Position numbers and translations under genes: made by a program. Source: a virus (lineage: Duplodnaviria; Caudoviricetes). From it: a DNA stretch of 64,000 nt. The stretch covers positions 46,448 through 110,447 of IMG/VR virus record IMGVR_UViG_2890725172_000001; one strand, given 5' to 3'. Shown piece by piece: positions 7,197-15,831 of the stretch (the stretch's first letter is position 1; the number at the start of each line of letters is the position of its first letter). Below the pieces are notes generated by a model. The model made no database searches, was not told where the DNA came from, and worked only from the letters and a program-made list of their open reading frames with translations.

Positions 7197-7700
7197 TTAG
7201 CGCCAGGAAGGCAGTAGCTTGCGTGCCTGCCCGGCTGCGATATTGAGGGGTTCGCTCGATCGGACGCCGTATTTGACGGCGAGGTCGGTGAGCTCTTCAG
7301 GGGACATGTCGATGTTCTTGCCGTCATTCACCAGACGTTCGGCCGGAATTCCCTTGGGCGCGAAGCGCTTCCCTTGGGCTTGGAGCCGAAGTGAGGTCTG
7401 CGGGTTGAAATCTTCAGGCCATGAATAGTCCTCGGATGGGACTCGTTCGCCGACGTGGACTCCACGCTGGTAGCTGCGCTTGTTGAGGCTTTGCTTGACC
7501 GCGTTGAGCAGCCGGTCTTCGCGCCGCGATCGGACGGTGCCGAGATATCCGTCTGGGTATTCGGCGTATGGCGCCGCGTTTCCTGTGCGGCGGGCGTCCA
7601 GTTGGTTTCGCCACGGCACGACCGGGACATTGGGGGAGCTGCCGATCGTGCCGGGCTGGCCTTGGGGGGCGTTGTAGGACCAGTCGCTGTATCCGGGCAT
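7197..7700 (-). CDS. hypothetical protein
   Basis: AGGA RBS, 167-aa ORF. Confidence 0.75.
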   Translation of the reverse strand: MPGYSDWSYNAPQGQPGTIGSSPNVPVVPWRNQLDARRTGNAAPYAEYPDGYLGTVRSRREDRLLNAVKQSLNKRSYQRGVHVGERVPSEDYSWPEDFNPQTSLRLQAQGKRFAPKGIPAERLVNDGKNIDMSPEELTDLAVKYGVRSSEPLNIAAGQARKLLPSWR

Positions 7701-7706
7701 GACGTC

Positions 7707-7925
7707 CTACAGGGAGACGGTGGTGGGGTTCCGTCGCGGTTCGTTGTCGACGGCGACCGGTTGGCGGTCTTGGGTTGCTCGGTTGGCCAGGGCTCCGCCG
7801 ACAAAGGCTCCGTAACGGCCTGCTGTCCCTGCGCTCGCGGCGCTGGCGCCCAGCTCGGTGGCAGCGCCGCGAGCGACGGCGCTACCGGCGGCGCGGGCGG
7901 CGACGCCCAGCAGGAGGGGGAGCAT
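7707..7925 (-). CDS. small Ala/Gly-rich protein
   Basis: GGAGG RBS, TAATG overlap. Confidence 0.6.
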   Translation of the reverse strand: MLPLLLGVAARAAGSAVARGAATELGASAASAGTAGRYGAFVGGALANRATQDRQPVAVDNEPRRNPTTVSL

Positions 7926-8236
7926 TAGTTGCCTCCGCCGAGCCGACGCCGGGCGTCGAGGAACTCGCCGGTTCCCTTGGCGCTGGGGACGCGCCGGGTG
8001 TTGCGGAGATTGGCCGAGGCGGCTGGGTCCTCCATGGGGGCCCATCGCGAGCTCGGGGCGTAGCAGGCGCCCAGGCGCTCGTTGACGTTCCGCTTGTGGC
8101 CGCCGGTGAGGTCGACCATGGCCGAGCCCTTAGGCCCGCCCTTGGGGCGAGAGGCAGTCGAGGGCTTGCCGGAGGTGTTGGTGGCCGTCGCGTGAGCGGT
8201 GCCGACCTTCGGGAACGTGGTTGTGGTCTTGTCCAC
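7925..8236 (-). CDS. basic hypothetical protein
   Basis: AAGGA RBS. Confidence 0.65.
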   Translation of the reverse strand: MDKTTTTFPKVGTAHATATNTSGKPSTASRPKGGPKGSAMVDLTGGHKRNVNERLGACYAPSSRWAPMEDPAASANLRNTRRVPSAKGTGEFLDARRRLGGGN

Positions 8237-8286
8237 TGGGTTTCCTTTATTGTGGCCGGGGCCGAATTAAGTCCAGTGGCGCGTGT

Positions 8287-8568
8287 TTAGTAAAAGACTT
8301 GGAAGACGAGGCCGGTTACTTCGCCGTCGTCCATTTGGATGATGGTGAATGCCGGTCGGAAGGTGAGCGAAAGTCCTCGTGGGCCGACGTAGCCTTGTGC
8401 GATGGCCATGGCCTTGCAGGTCTGGTTGACCGCTCCGGCGCCGATGGCGCGGATGAAGACTTCCTTGCCCTCGTAGATGGCGTGGCTGATGGCCGATGCC
8501 AGCTTTGGTGCGTCGCTTTTGCCTGAGACCTTCAAAAGCATGGTGTTTGAGGCGGTCTCGGTATCCAA
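8287..8568 (-). CDS. spoVS: stage V sporulation protein S family
   Basis: LKVSGKS..PKLASAI...IRAIGAGAVNQTCKAMAIAQGYV.P.G..L...PAF. Confidence 0.92.
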   Translation of the reverse strand: MDTETASNTMLLKVSGKSDAPKLASAISHAIYEGKEVFIRAIGAGAVNQTCKAMAIAQGYVGPRGLSLTFRPAFTIIQMDDGEVTGLVFQVFY

Positions 8569-8644
8569 TGGTTCCCCTAATTACGTGTCTAGTTCCGGTA
8601 GTTTTCCGGGTTCTATTTCACGTTAAGGGAATTGCGTCCTGAGT

Positions 8645-9241
8645 TTATAATGCCGGGACCGGTATGGATGATTTCCAGTGCGCGGGGAGGTCCGTGTGCT
8701 TGGTCAGGCCCTGAATAACCTTGAATTCCTCGGGAAGATCGCTTCTTCCCCTATGTAAGTCACAGGCCATTCGTGCCAACACGTAGGCGTCTGCCTCGTT
8801 GTCATTCTTTGTGACGAATCCCCACTTTTCCTTGCAGAACTTCATCACCTTCTTCTTGTCGGCGTTTCCCTTACCGGTCGCGTACTGTTTCAGTTCGCTT
8901 GGGCTGACGATCGTCGGATATCCGGCCTGACTGGTGTAATAGCTCAGCAGGCGCAGCCGTACGGCGGCCGATATCTCCCCGACTTCCTCGCGGCGGAAAG
9001 CCCGTCCTCGCGCATACCCTTCCATTGCGATGTGCATGACCGATGCCGGGGGGTGAATTCCACCCCAGCGGCCGAAGAGCTCGTCGAGCCATTCCTGCAC
9101 GGCGATCAGGCGTCCCACACCCTTACCGAACTTGGCTGGCGGGAAGGCCTTGCGGTGGACCGCCGGAGCTTCTCCAGGTGCGTAGGCGACTACCGCGAAC
9201 CCGGAGAAGCTCTGGTCGATGCCGATGTACCGGCCGATCAC
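8645..9241 (-). CDS. RuvC-like Holliday junction resolvase
   Basis: IGIDQS, AMEGYA, LKQYATGKGNADK, NDNEADA. Confidence 0.88.
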   Translation of the reverse strand: MIGRYIGIDQSFSGFAVVAYAPGEAPAVHRKAFPPAKFGKGVGRLIAVQEWLDELFGRWGGIHPPASVMHIAMEGYARGRAFRREEVGEISAAVRLRLLSYYTSQAGYPTIVSPSELKQYATGKGNADKKKVMKFCKEKWGFVTKNDNEADAYVLARMACDLHRGRSDLPEEFKVIQGLTKHTDLPAHWKSSIPVPAL

Positions 9242-9945
9242 TGCTCTCCTGAGAGGTGCTTCCAGGCCCCTCGCTGCGCAGATGCCATCGCCGCGACCGC
9301 TCCGGGAGAGTAGTTGGTTCCCATGACCTTGGCCGCGACCTTGAGCGCGCTCTCCTTCTCGATCTGGTTGGCACGGTCGCGCCAGTGCCTCTCTGCCCGA
9401 TCGACCAGTTCAGCCGCGACCTTAGGCATGCCCTCAAGGGAACACTCACTGAGGTCGATCACGATGTCGGGCACCCAGTCGGCTGCCTTCTCAGAGATGT
9501 GCTGGTTGACCGGCCCGACACCTTCGCGGATGACATGAACGGACACGACATGGGAGTGTGCGTCGACCAGGGCCTTGAGCTCGTTGGGATAGCGCAGGTC
9601 GGTGATGACGACCTTCTCCCGGTTGTTGGCGATCTTGAGGGGCTGTGTGAGCCACACGTCCTGGTCGATGACCGTGCGTGCGCCTTCGCCGAGATCTTGG
9701 AGCAGTTTGCGGACCTCGGGGAACATGCGCTTGGCCAGGTCCCAGCCCAGCTCATAGACCACTTCATTGAGGTGGATCGACTTGCCGTCCGCGTCCTCGA
9801 TGACCCGTGGGTTCACGGCCTTGGCGAGCTCGCGAACCTGATTGGCGAAAGCGATGCGGTGGTATCCGTGCTGGAGCTTCAGCAGGGAGGCGAGGGTGTC
9901 CTTTCCGACGCCTCCGTAGCCGTAGAGCGCGAGGACCTTGCTCAA
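9238..9945 (-). CDS. deoxynucleoside monophosphate kinase
   Basis: GYGGVGKDT P-loop, AFAN, RKLLQDLG, VITDLRYPNE, HISE. Confidence 0.88.
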   Translation of the reverse strand: MSKVLALYGYGGVGKDTLASLLKLQHGYHRIAFANQVRELAKAVNPRVIEDADGKSIHLNEVVYELGWDLAKRMFPEVRKLLQDLGEGARTVIDQDVWLTQPLKIANNREKVVITDLRYPNELKALVDAHSHVVSVHVIREGVGPVNQHISEKAADWVPDIVIDLSECSLEGMPKVAAELVDRAERHWRDRANQIEKESALKVAAKVMGTNYSPGAVAAMASAQRGAWKHLSGEQ

Positions 9946-10214
9946 GCCGTGACCTTGACGATGTTGTTCCAGCGCCGGATGGTGACGGTCTTTCCGAGCA
10001 GCTGGGGGAACTCAGGGGCGATCACCCGGAGATCGACGAGGTAGCTGTGTCGCCAGTGGGTCTGGACGATGCGGACGACCTTGCCGACGAGCTGCTCGGT
10101 GGTGTTGCCGACGCGGAAGGGGAAGACGACGGTGTCCCCCTCGGTCACGACCTTGCCGAAGATGTCGGTGAGACGAATCTCGATAGCCGGGGTGACCGTC
10201 TGAATGGTGGTCAT
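9942..10214 (-). CDS. hypothetical protein (SH3/YopX-like)
   Basis: DIFGKVVTEGDTVV motif; GGAG RBS. Confidence 0.65.
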   Translation of the reverse strand: MTTIQTVTPAIEIRLTDIFGKVVTEGDTVVFPFRVGNTTEQLVGKVVRIVQTHWRHSYLVDLRVIAPEFPQLLGKTVTIRRWNNIVKVTA

Positions 10215-10237
10215 TTGTTGTTCTCCGTGTAGGGGAT

Positions 10238-11416
10238 TCAGGCGGAACGACGGATCGTGTCGTTTCCGAATGGCTGGTTGGGAAAGTCGCTGAAGCTGTT
10301 GGGGGCGACCCGGCGGAGGATTGTGAGGAGTTCTCCGGCGAGTTCCCGGATTTCCGCGTCGGCGGCGATGTGGTAGCGCTTGGTCAGCACTTCGCGCCAG
10401 GCCCGGAGATTTCCGGTGACGACCATGGAGACCGGCTGAGAATTGAGCAGGACGCTGCGGGCGGCCTCGCGGATTTCCTTCTTGGTGAGCTTGTCGCCGT
10501 CCGCCTGCCGCGCCATGAGCGCGGTGATGATCTCCTCGTAGTCGCCGATGGAGGCCTTGTGTGCGCAGATCAGGACGTCCGTGATGGCGGGGTACTTACG
10601 CAGCAGCGGAGGGATGACCGGTTCACCTTCGTCTTGAGGGACGTAGCGCTGGCTCTCGACACTGAGTGACAGGTGCCGGTGGCGGGAGAGTTCGGCCAGG
10701 AGGCTCCGGGAGACGCCGGTGATCAGGAACGTCGCGCTGGCGTGTTCTAGAACACTGAAGTGTTGGTGGTCGATCACATTGCGCAGGTATCCGGCGTTGG
10801 TTGCCGTCTCCGGGTTGGGCTTCGACCAGCTCTGGTAGCACGTGCGACCGGCGTACTCGGCCAGGATGTCAGCGTCCATGTAGCCGACGTTGGTCGGGTC
10901 GTCCTGGTGGTCGAGCTTGTCGTACACCTCGGCCGAGACGAAGGTCCAGGCGATCAGCTGCACCCGCGAGGGGGTCTCGTCGACGGTGACGGTGCTGGCC
11001 TGCGGAGGCGGAGGGAAGACGGTGTCCTCGGAGACGATCGTCAGCTTGGGCCGTGGGATGCAGCAGCCATCACAGTCGTGCTCCTGCCACTGGTCGGCGT
11101 CGCTGTACTGGTCGATGAAGTAGGCGAGGCTGTCAGGGTCGGTGTGGGCCTGGTTGTGCTGGCAGATCCGGTAGCCGAGGTAATGCCGGTCGCTCCGGAA
11201 GACCAGCGGCCACTCGATCATGTGATGGTTGGACGGGTTGTGCAGGACGCAGATCTCTCCGGCGCCGCGAATGGTGTTTCCGCACACGAGAGCGCTGTGG
11301 GTGCGGAGGACCTTGTCGTCCCCGAGGGAGTGGTGTTCAGTCTGGCGTGCGGCGAGCTTCCGCAGTTCGTCTTCGAACTCCTGGAAGAGGTCACTGGTGG
11401 CGATCATGTTGTCCAT
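10238..11416 (-). CDS. thyX: FAD-dependent thymidylate synthase with N-terminal Cys/His-rich extension
   Basis: [53 protein letters not shown]. Confidence 0.92.
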   Translation of the reverse strand: MDNMIATSDLFQEFEDELRKLAARQTEHHSLGDDKVLRTHSALVCGNTIRGAGEICVLHNPSNHHMIEWPLVFRSDRHYLGYRICQHNQAHTDPDSLAYFIDQYSDADQWQEHDCDGCCIPRPKLTIVSEDTVFPPPPQASTVTVDETPSRVQLIAWTFVSAEVYDKLDHQDDPTNVGYMDADILAEYAGRTCYQSWSKPNPETATNAGYLRNVIDHQHFSVLEHASATFLITGVSRSLLAELSRHRHLSLSVESQRYVPQDEGEPVIPPLLRKYPAITDVLICAHKASIGDYEEIITALMARQADGDKLTKKEIREAARSVLLNSQPVSMVVTGNLRAWREVLTKRYHIAADAEIRELAGELLTILRRVAPNSFSDFPNQPFGNDTIRRSA

Positions 11417-11925
11417 CGATGTCTCCGGTTGAGGTCGGGTGTGTCAGTGCGGCGGGTGAGCTCGCGGGAGAGGTAGGCGGCCCGGCCGGAAGCCGATTTC
11501 GCGATGGGCTCGATCAACTTCCGCAGGGCGTAGCACTCGGTCTGGAGTGCGGTGGCCTCGGCTACGAGAGGGTCGTCGGCCGCTCCGGCTTTGAGCGCCG
11601 TGGCGGTCTTGCCGGTGCCCTTGACGATCGCGGCGGCGCGGCGGCGGCCGAGCTCTTCCTGAACCCACTGCTCGCGGATTTCCGCGAGGGCGAGCTGTCC
11701 GCTGGCGTACTCGCTCCAGGCGATCATTTGCTGATAAAGCGACATCAGCTCCGGGCCGTCGAGCTCGGTGACGTCGTCGGGGAGGCCGGGGAGTGATTCG
11801 GCTGGCCGGTCAGGTGGGGCGATCCCGCTCCGGCGCAGCTGGCTGACGGTCGCGTCGACGAAGTCTTCGAGTTCCGTCTTGAGGGTGGGCTTGGAGGTCA
11901 GTGACCTGCGGTGCAGGGTTCGCAT
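11404..11925 (-). CDS. helical hypothetical protein
   Basis: Coupled ORF ending ..LSRELTRR. Confidence 0.65.
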   Translation of the reverse strand: MRTLHRRSLTSKPTLKTELEDFVDATVSQLRRSGIAPPDRPAESLPGLPDDVTELDGPELMSLYQQMIAWSEYASGQLALAEIREQWVQEELGRRRAAAIVKGTGKTATALKAGAADDPLVAEATALQTECYALRKLIEPIAKSASGRAAYLSRELTRRTDTPDLNRRHRWTT

Positions 11926-12862
11926 CAGGTTCGGGCCAGCAGGTGGAGAGGAAATGGCATGAGGTACATGCCTTGGAGGTGAAGACGTGGGCGCGGTCCG
12001 GTGGCGGGGCGTCGTGGTGGATCGCGTTGAAGATCTGGGTGGCCTTGTTCAGCAGATCGTCGAGAATTAACCGGGTCGCTTTATCGAGGCGAAGGCTGAA
12101 TTCCTTTGTTTGCTGATTGGCCTTGAACTCGTACAGGAAGACGATCCTGCTGACCTCGTAGCCGAGCTGCTGTGCCATCCACAGGTAGATGGCCCCCTGC
12201 TTTACGTGTGAGGGAAGTGGCGCCTCTAGCTGCCGCCAAATCTCGTCGAGGTCTGGGATCTTCTTACCGTCCGGCCTTTCGGCCGTGTATTTCCGCACCA
12301 ACGATGGTGCGTCGATCCGGATGGTCCCAAGCCCGATGCTCTTGATCTCGATCAGACAGTGTTTGCTGGGGACGAATCCGTCTGTGTGGCCTGCGATCAA
12401 ATGTGAGTCTTCGGCCGATAGCGGAAGCTCCGCATACTCAAAGGTGCGGGTTTCACAGAACGGGCACCAATGGGGTTCGGGGCCGACTTCTGTGGTGACG
12501 ATGCACTTACATACCAAGCAGCGCCAATGGCCGGACAATAGACCAAGCTCGGCGAGCCAACCCTGCCACTTGCTGTGGATCGAATGACCTTCGGCGAAGA
12601 TGTTCTCCGTGACCCACGAGTGGACCTCCGGCGGGATTGTTTCGCCGCGTCGAACTGCGTCGATGCGGTAGTAGGTCTGCCGGGGGCACCAGTCGTCGTG
12701 GGCCATTTCGGAGGGGTGAATGATGTCCTGGCGCCGGTCGTCGGGGAGGCTGGCCTTGTGCTGAACGTGACCGACGATCGTGCCCAGGAGAACCGTGGGC
12801 TGCTTGGTCGCGGCGGCGATCTCCGCGAGTGAGCCGGTCAGTTTAACGTTGGCCATTGCCAT
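11810..12862 (-). CDS. Cas4-like PD-(D/E)XK exonuclease
   Basis: HPSE...CPR, GHTDG, IEIKS, QxxxY, C-terminal CTSCHFLSTC; internal CxxC..CxxC. Confidence 0.85.
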   Translation of the reverse strand: MAMANVKLTGSLAEIAAATKQPTVLLGTIVGHVQHKASLPDDRRQDIIHPSEMAHDDWCPRQTYYRIDAVRRGETIPPEVHSWVTENIFAEGHSIHSKWQGWLAELGLLSGHWRCLVCKCIVTTEVGPEPHWCPFCETRTFEYAELPLSAEDSHLIAGHTDGFVPSKHCLIEIKSIGLGTIRIDAPSLVRKYTAERPDGKKIPDLDEIWRQLEAPLPSHVKQGAIYLWMAQQLGYEVSRIVFLYEFKANQQTKEFSLRLDKATRLILDDLLNKATQIFNAIHHDAPPPDRAHVFTSKACTSCHFLSTCWPEPDANPAPQVTDLQAHPQDGTRRLRRRDRQPAAPERDRPT

Positions 12863-13170
12863 TCCGATCGGGGCGCCAGGTCCGGCCGGAGCCGGTATCG
12901 GTGTTTGACTTCCTGGCGCATTGCGTGTCGTTCTTCGGGGGTCTTTCCACCCCATACGCCGTCGCTTTCGTTGTTGACGGCGGCGTATTCGAGGCATTTA
13001 TCGCGGGTCGGGCAGACCACGCCGTCCCAAGTGCCGTTGCAGATGTCAACGCAGTCCTGCTCGTCGGCTGGCGTGAACCAGGGGTCACAGTCGCGTCGAG
13101 GTTCGAACTTGATGCACTTGGCTCCCCGGGCTATCCAATCGGGGGCGTGCAGGCGTAGGTGCATGACCAT
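12838..13170 (-). CDS. whiB: WhiB-family transcription factor
   Basis: AKC...DPWF...IC...CPTRDKCLEYA...GVWGG.TPEER. Confidence 0.9.
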   Translation of the reverse strand: MVMHLRLHAPDWIARGAKCIKFEPRRDCDPWFTPADEQDCVDICNGTWDGVVCPTRDKCLEYAAVNNESDGVWGGKTPEERHAMRQEVKHRYRLRPDLAPRSEWQWPTLN

Positions 13171-13484
13171 TACTGAGGGTCTTCCTCCAAATCGAGTTCG
13201 GCGATGAAATCCTCTTCGGCGAGGAGGATCCAGTTGCGTCCGCCGATTTCGATTCCGAAGAGCATCGTCCGTCCGTCGAGGAGTGCGTGCTTTTCGGCTT
13301 GGAGTAGTTCGTCTTTGGTGATGCGGTAGCTCTTGGCGCCGGTGGTTTTGTATTCGATGCTGAACTTTTTGCTGCGGACGTCATTTTTTCTCCGCCACTG
13401 GTTCCCGCTTCCGGCGTTCACGGTGCCGCCGAAGAGCTTGGCACCGCGTTTCTCCTGTCGGCGGGAATCCTTGTAGCCACTCAT
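13170..13484 (-). CDS. small PD-(D/E)XK nuclease (Hjc-like resolvase)
   Basis: QEKR..GSG..KNDV..IEYKTT. Confidence 0.75.
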   Translation of the reverse strand: MSGYKDSRRQEKRGAKLFGGTVNAGSGNQWRRKNDVRSKKFSIEYKTTGAKSYRITKDELLQAEKHALLDGRTMLFGIEIGGRNWILLAEEDFIAELDLEEDPQ

Positions 13485-13660
13485 TAAGGGACGAGTGCCA
13501 TGGTGTACTTCGCGGAGTGCCAGCGGCCGGAGGTGAAGACGCCGAGGAGCTCGTCCTTCTCGCCAAGAATGTGCAGGGTGCCTATGTTGACCACCTCGAA
13601 CCTTTCTCCGATGAAGAGATCGTGGCTGCCACCGGGCAGGTCAACCTTGATTACGCGCAT
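13484..13660 (-). CDS. small hypothetical protein
   Basis: MRVIKVDLPGG... fills the gap exactly; TAATG overlap. Confidence 0.6.
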   Translation of the reverse strand: MRVIKVDLPGGSHDLFIGERFEVVNIGTLHILGEKDELLGVFTSGRWHSAKYTMALVP

Positions 13661-13661
13661 T

Positions 13662-14246
13662 TCATGCCGCCAATGCTGTGGTGTCGTCGATGACGTGGGC
13701 GTCGGGGGTTTTGTCGAGGATGACTTTGTAGATGCGTCGGTCTGCTCGTCCGAAGATGCAGATGCCTTCCGGCTTGTCGAAACCCGGTGCCGCAACTGAT
13801 CCATCACGACGCAGATTTTCAAGTGCAGAAGCCACAGCACGGTCGCTCCAGATGCCGTCGTAGAGTTTGGGGACGACGCCCAGCTCCGGGAGAGGGCTGT
13901 CGAACTCCAGAAAGCCGAATCTATCGACATTGAAAAGCGAGAAGCGCTTGTCGCCGTTCTTGAGACCGTAGCCTCGCTGGATTCCGTTTCCCCACCATTC
14001 TCCGAAATGGTGGCCGGGGCCGAGGACTTCGATCAGGGTTTCGTAGTTCTGTTCGACCCAGCGGGCGAAGCCGTGGTTGTCGGCGTCGGGGGTGATGAGC
14101 CTCTTACGGGACTGTGCGCCTACCTGCCCGTCGTCGGTGATAATGACGGCGGCATTTGTTCCGTCGAGCTTCTCGGTGATGCAATAGCCCTTGGGGTCGT
14201 ACAGCCGGGGGGTTTTCGGCCAGGGCAAGAAGGTGATGTTGTCCAT
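13662..14246 (-). CDS. RNA ligase (Rnl2-like adenylation domain)
   Basis: WPKTPRL, ITEKLDGTN, QSRKR, FGEWWG, FSLFN, EGICI, YK. Confidence 0.88.
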   Translation of the reverse strand: MDNITFLPWPKTPRLYDPKGYCITEKLDGTNAAVIITDDGQVGAQSRKRLITPDADNHGFARWVEQNYETLIEVLGPGHHFGEWWGNGIQRGYGLKNGDKRFSLFNVDRFGFLEFDSPLPELGVVPKLYDGIWSDRAVASALENLRRDGSVAAPGFDKPEGICIFGRADRRIYKVILDKTPDAHVIDDTTALAA

Positions 14247-15151
14247 TAGAAGTTTCCTTCGGCGACCTGGAAGCAGGTCAATCCGAGCGTGCGCCACATC
14301 TGAACAACTTGATCGCGGTCGTCGAATACGCCGAGGATGTTGTAGTGGTTGCGGATTTCGTTGTCGAAGATTTCGGACTTGACGATCCAATCGGTCCGGA
14401 AATCTCCGTGCTTTCGCATGTGAAGGGCGATGGGTTCGAAGTCGAGGTGCTCGACGAGCCAGGTCCAGGTTTCGCGCTGGCAGGAGTCGTCTCGGCCGGA
14501 GACGAAGATCAGGTCGTTGCCGGTGCGGTAGAGGTCGTTGAGGACCCTGATCACCGGCCAGTTGGGGCGGTCCTCGACGACGCGGGTCATGTCGAAGGGG
14601 CTCCGGTCGCCGCGTAGGGCCACGGTGCCGTCGATGTCGACGATGTAGGCCTGCGGCTTGGACTCGTCGGCGAGGTAGTAGTGGAGTAGGTCAGGGGCCG
14701 GTTCCCACGGCAGCTCCGGCACGGGGAGCGGGGAGCCCTTACCGCGCACGTAGCGGTCGTGGTAGTCGCGGATGGTGGGTCCGCCGACCGGATTCGGCCG
14801 GGCGGCGTCACGGGCGATGCAGACCTCAAGGGGGATGTGAGTGAGGTCGACGATCCTGACTTCGGCCTTGTGCCGCTTGGCCAGGGCCTTGAGCTCGCGG
14901 ACGGTGCGGGAGGGGAGGTTGGTGTCGTCGACGACGACGCTGACGCCGCGTCCAAGCAGGTCGGAGATGATGGCGTCGCGGAGGAAGATGACGCGGCGCT
15001 CCACGTCGCCGTGGTAGCCGGAGTGGGCCATGGCGCGGATGTCGTCGCGATTGACGCGGGCTCGGTGCTGAACGTCTTCCGAGACCCAGCCGTGGGCCCA
15101 GGTGGACTTGCCGGAGCCTTGGATGCCTCGGAGGATAACGAGAGTGATCAT
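14246..15151 (-). CDS. pseT: polynucleotide 5'-kinase/3'-phosphatase (T4 PseT-like)
   Basis: GIQGSGKST, NRDDIR, DDTNL; HAD domain DIDGTVA, SGR, FDDRDQVV.MWR. Confidence 0.92.
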   Translation of the reverse strand: MITLVILRGIQGSGKSTWAHGWVSEDVQHRARVNRDDIRAMAHSGYHGDVERRVIFLRDAIISDLLGRGVSVVVDDTNLPSRTVRELKALAKRHKAEVRIVDLTHIPLEVCIARDAARPNPVGGPTIRDYHDRYVRGKGSPLPVPELPWEPAPDLLHYYLADESKPQAYIVDIDGTVALRGDRSPFDMTRVVEDRPNWPVIRVLNDLYRTGNDLIFVSGRDDSCQRETWTWLVEHLDFEPIALHMRKHGDFRTDWIVKSEIFDNEIRNHYNILGVFDDRDQVVQMWRTLGLTCFQVAEGNF

Positions 15152-15831
15152 TCGGGCTTGAGCATTCTGGTTCGGGTGCGGATTAGCCATTGCTCTACGA
15201 GCGCGGCGTCCGGCTGTTGTGGAATGGCCGGGGTTGCGGTGTCGAAAATGTCGCGAGCGCGGGCGATGAGGTATTCCGCCTTGACGATCTGCCCACTGGC
15301 GATGTCTTCGCCGAATTGCAGGTAGTTCTCCGGGTTCTTCAGCCGGACGGGAAGAAAACCGGTGGTGTAGAGCGTGGTTCCTTGATGGACCAGGCGCATG
15401 AGGTGCCTGGCGTGTTTGGCGGTTCTCTTGCGGGTATCGGCGCTGAATGAGCCGTCACCGCGACGCTTCAGCTTGTTGAACTGCTGGACGGCGTAGCCGA
15501 GATAGGCGTCACGGACGCGTTCCGCAGAGAGGAATGCTGTGCGAATGTCAATCAGCTCTTGGCCGAGTTCGGTCTTCTCGGTGTAGAGGTCATCGGGCAG
15601 CCACATGAGTTCTTGGAGTGTGGGGTTGCCGTTGAGGGCCAGGCCGACGTATTTACGGACCTCATGGATGGTGCAGTCGAGATCTGTGGCGTTGATCGTC
15701 GCCGGAGGCGAGCTGAGGCCGAAAAACGTGCTGGGGTGTGCGGCGTAGACGCCGAGGTAGTCCAGATCGCTGTCCGGCCCTGCCAGGCCGTAGGCCGTGG
15801 AGCCGACGACACCCTTAAGCAGAATGTTCAT
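15148..15831 (-). CDS. Pol-beta nucleotidyltransferase (RlaP-like, RNA-repair associated)
   Basis: VVGSTAYGLAGPDSDLDYLGVY, NPT..E, YLGYA..Q, K.ARH..RL. Confidence 0.85.
   Translation of the reverse strand: MNILLKGVVGSTAYGLAGPDSDLDYLGVYAAHPSTFFGLSSPPATINATDLDCTIHEVRKYVGLALNGNPTLQELMWLPDDLYTEKTELGQELIDIRTAFLSAERVRDAYLGYAVQQFNKLKRRGDGSFSADTRKRTAKHARHLMRLVHQGTTLYTTGFLPVRLKNPENYLQFGEDIASGQIVKAEYLIARARDIFDTATPAIPQQPDAALVEQWLIRTRTRMLKPE

Noticed and set aside
11810-12862. CRISPR-Cas system suggested by the Cas4-like gene
   Set aside because: No repeat-spacer array or other cas genes in the window; solo Cas4-like nucleases are common in phages
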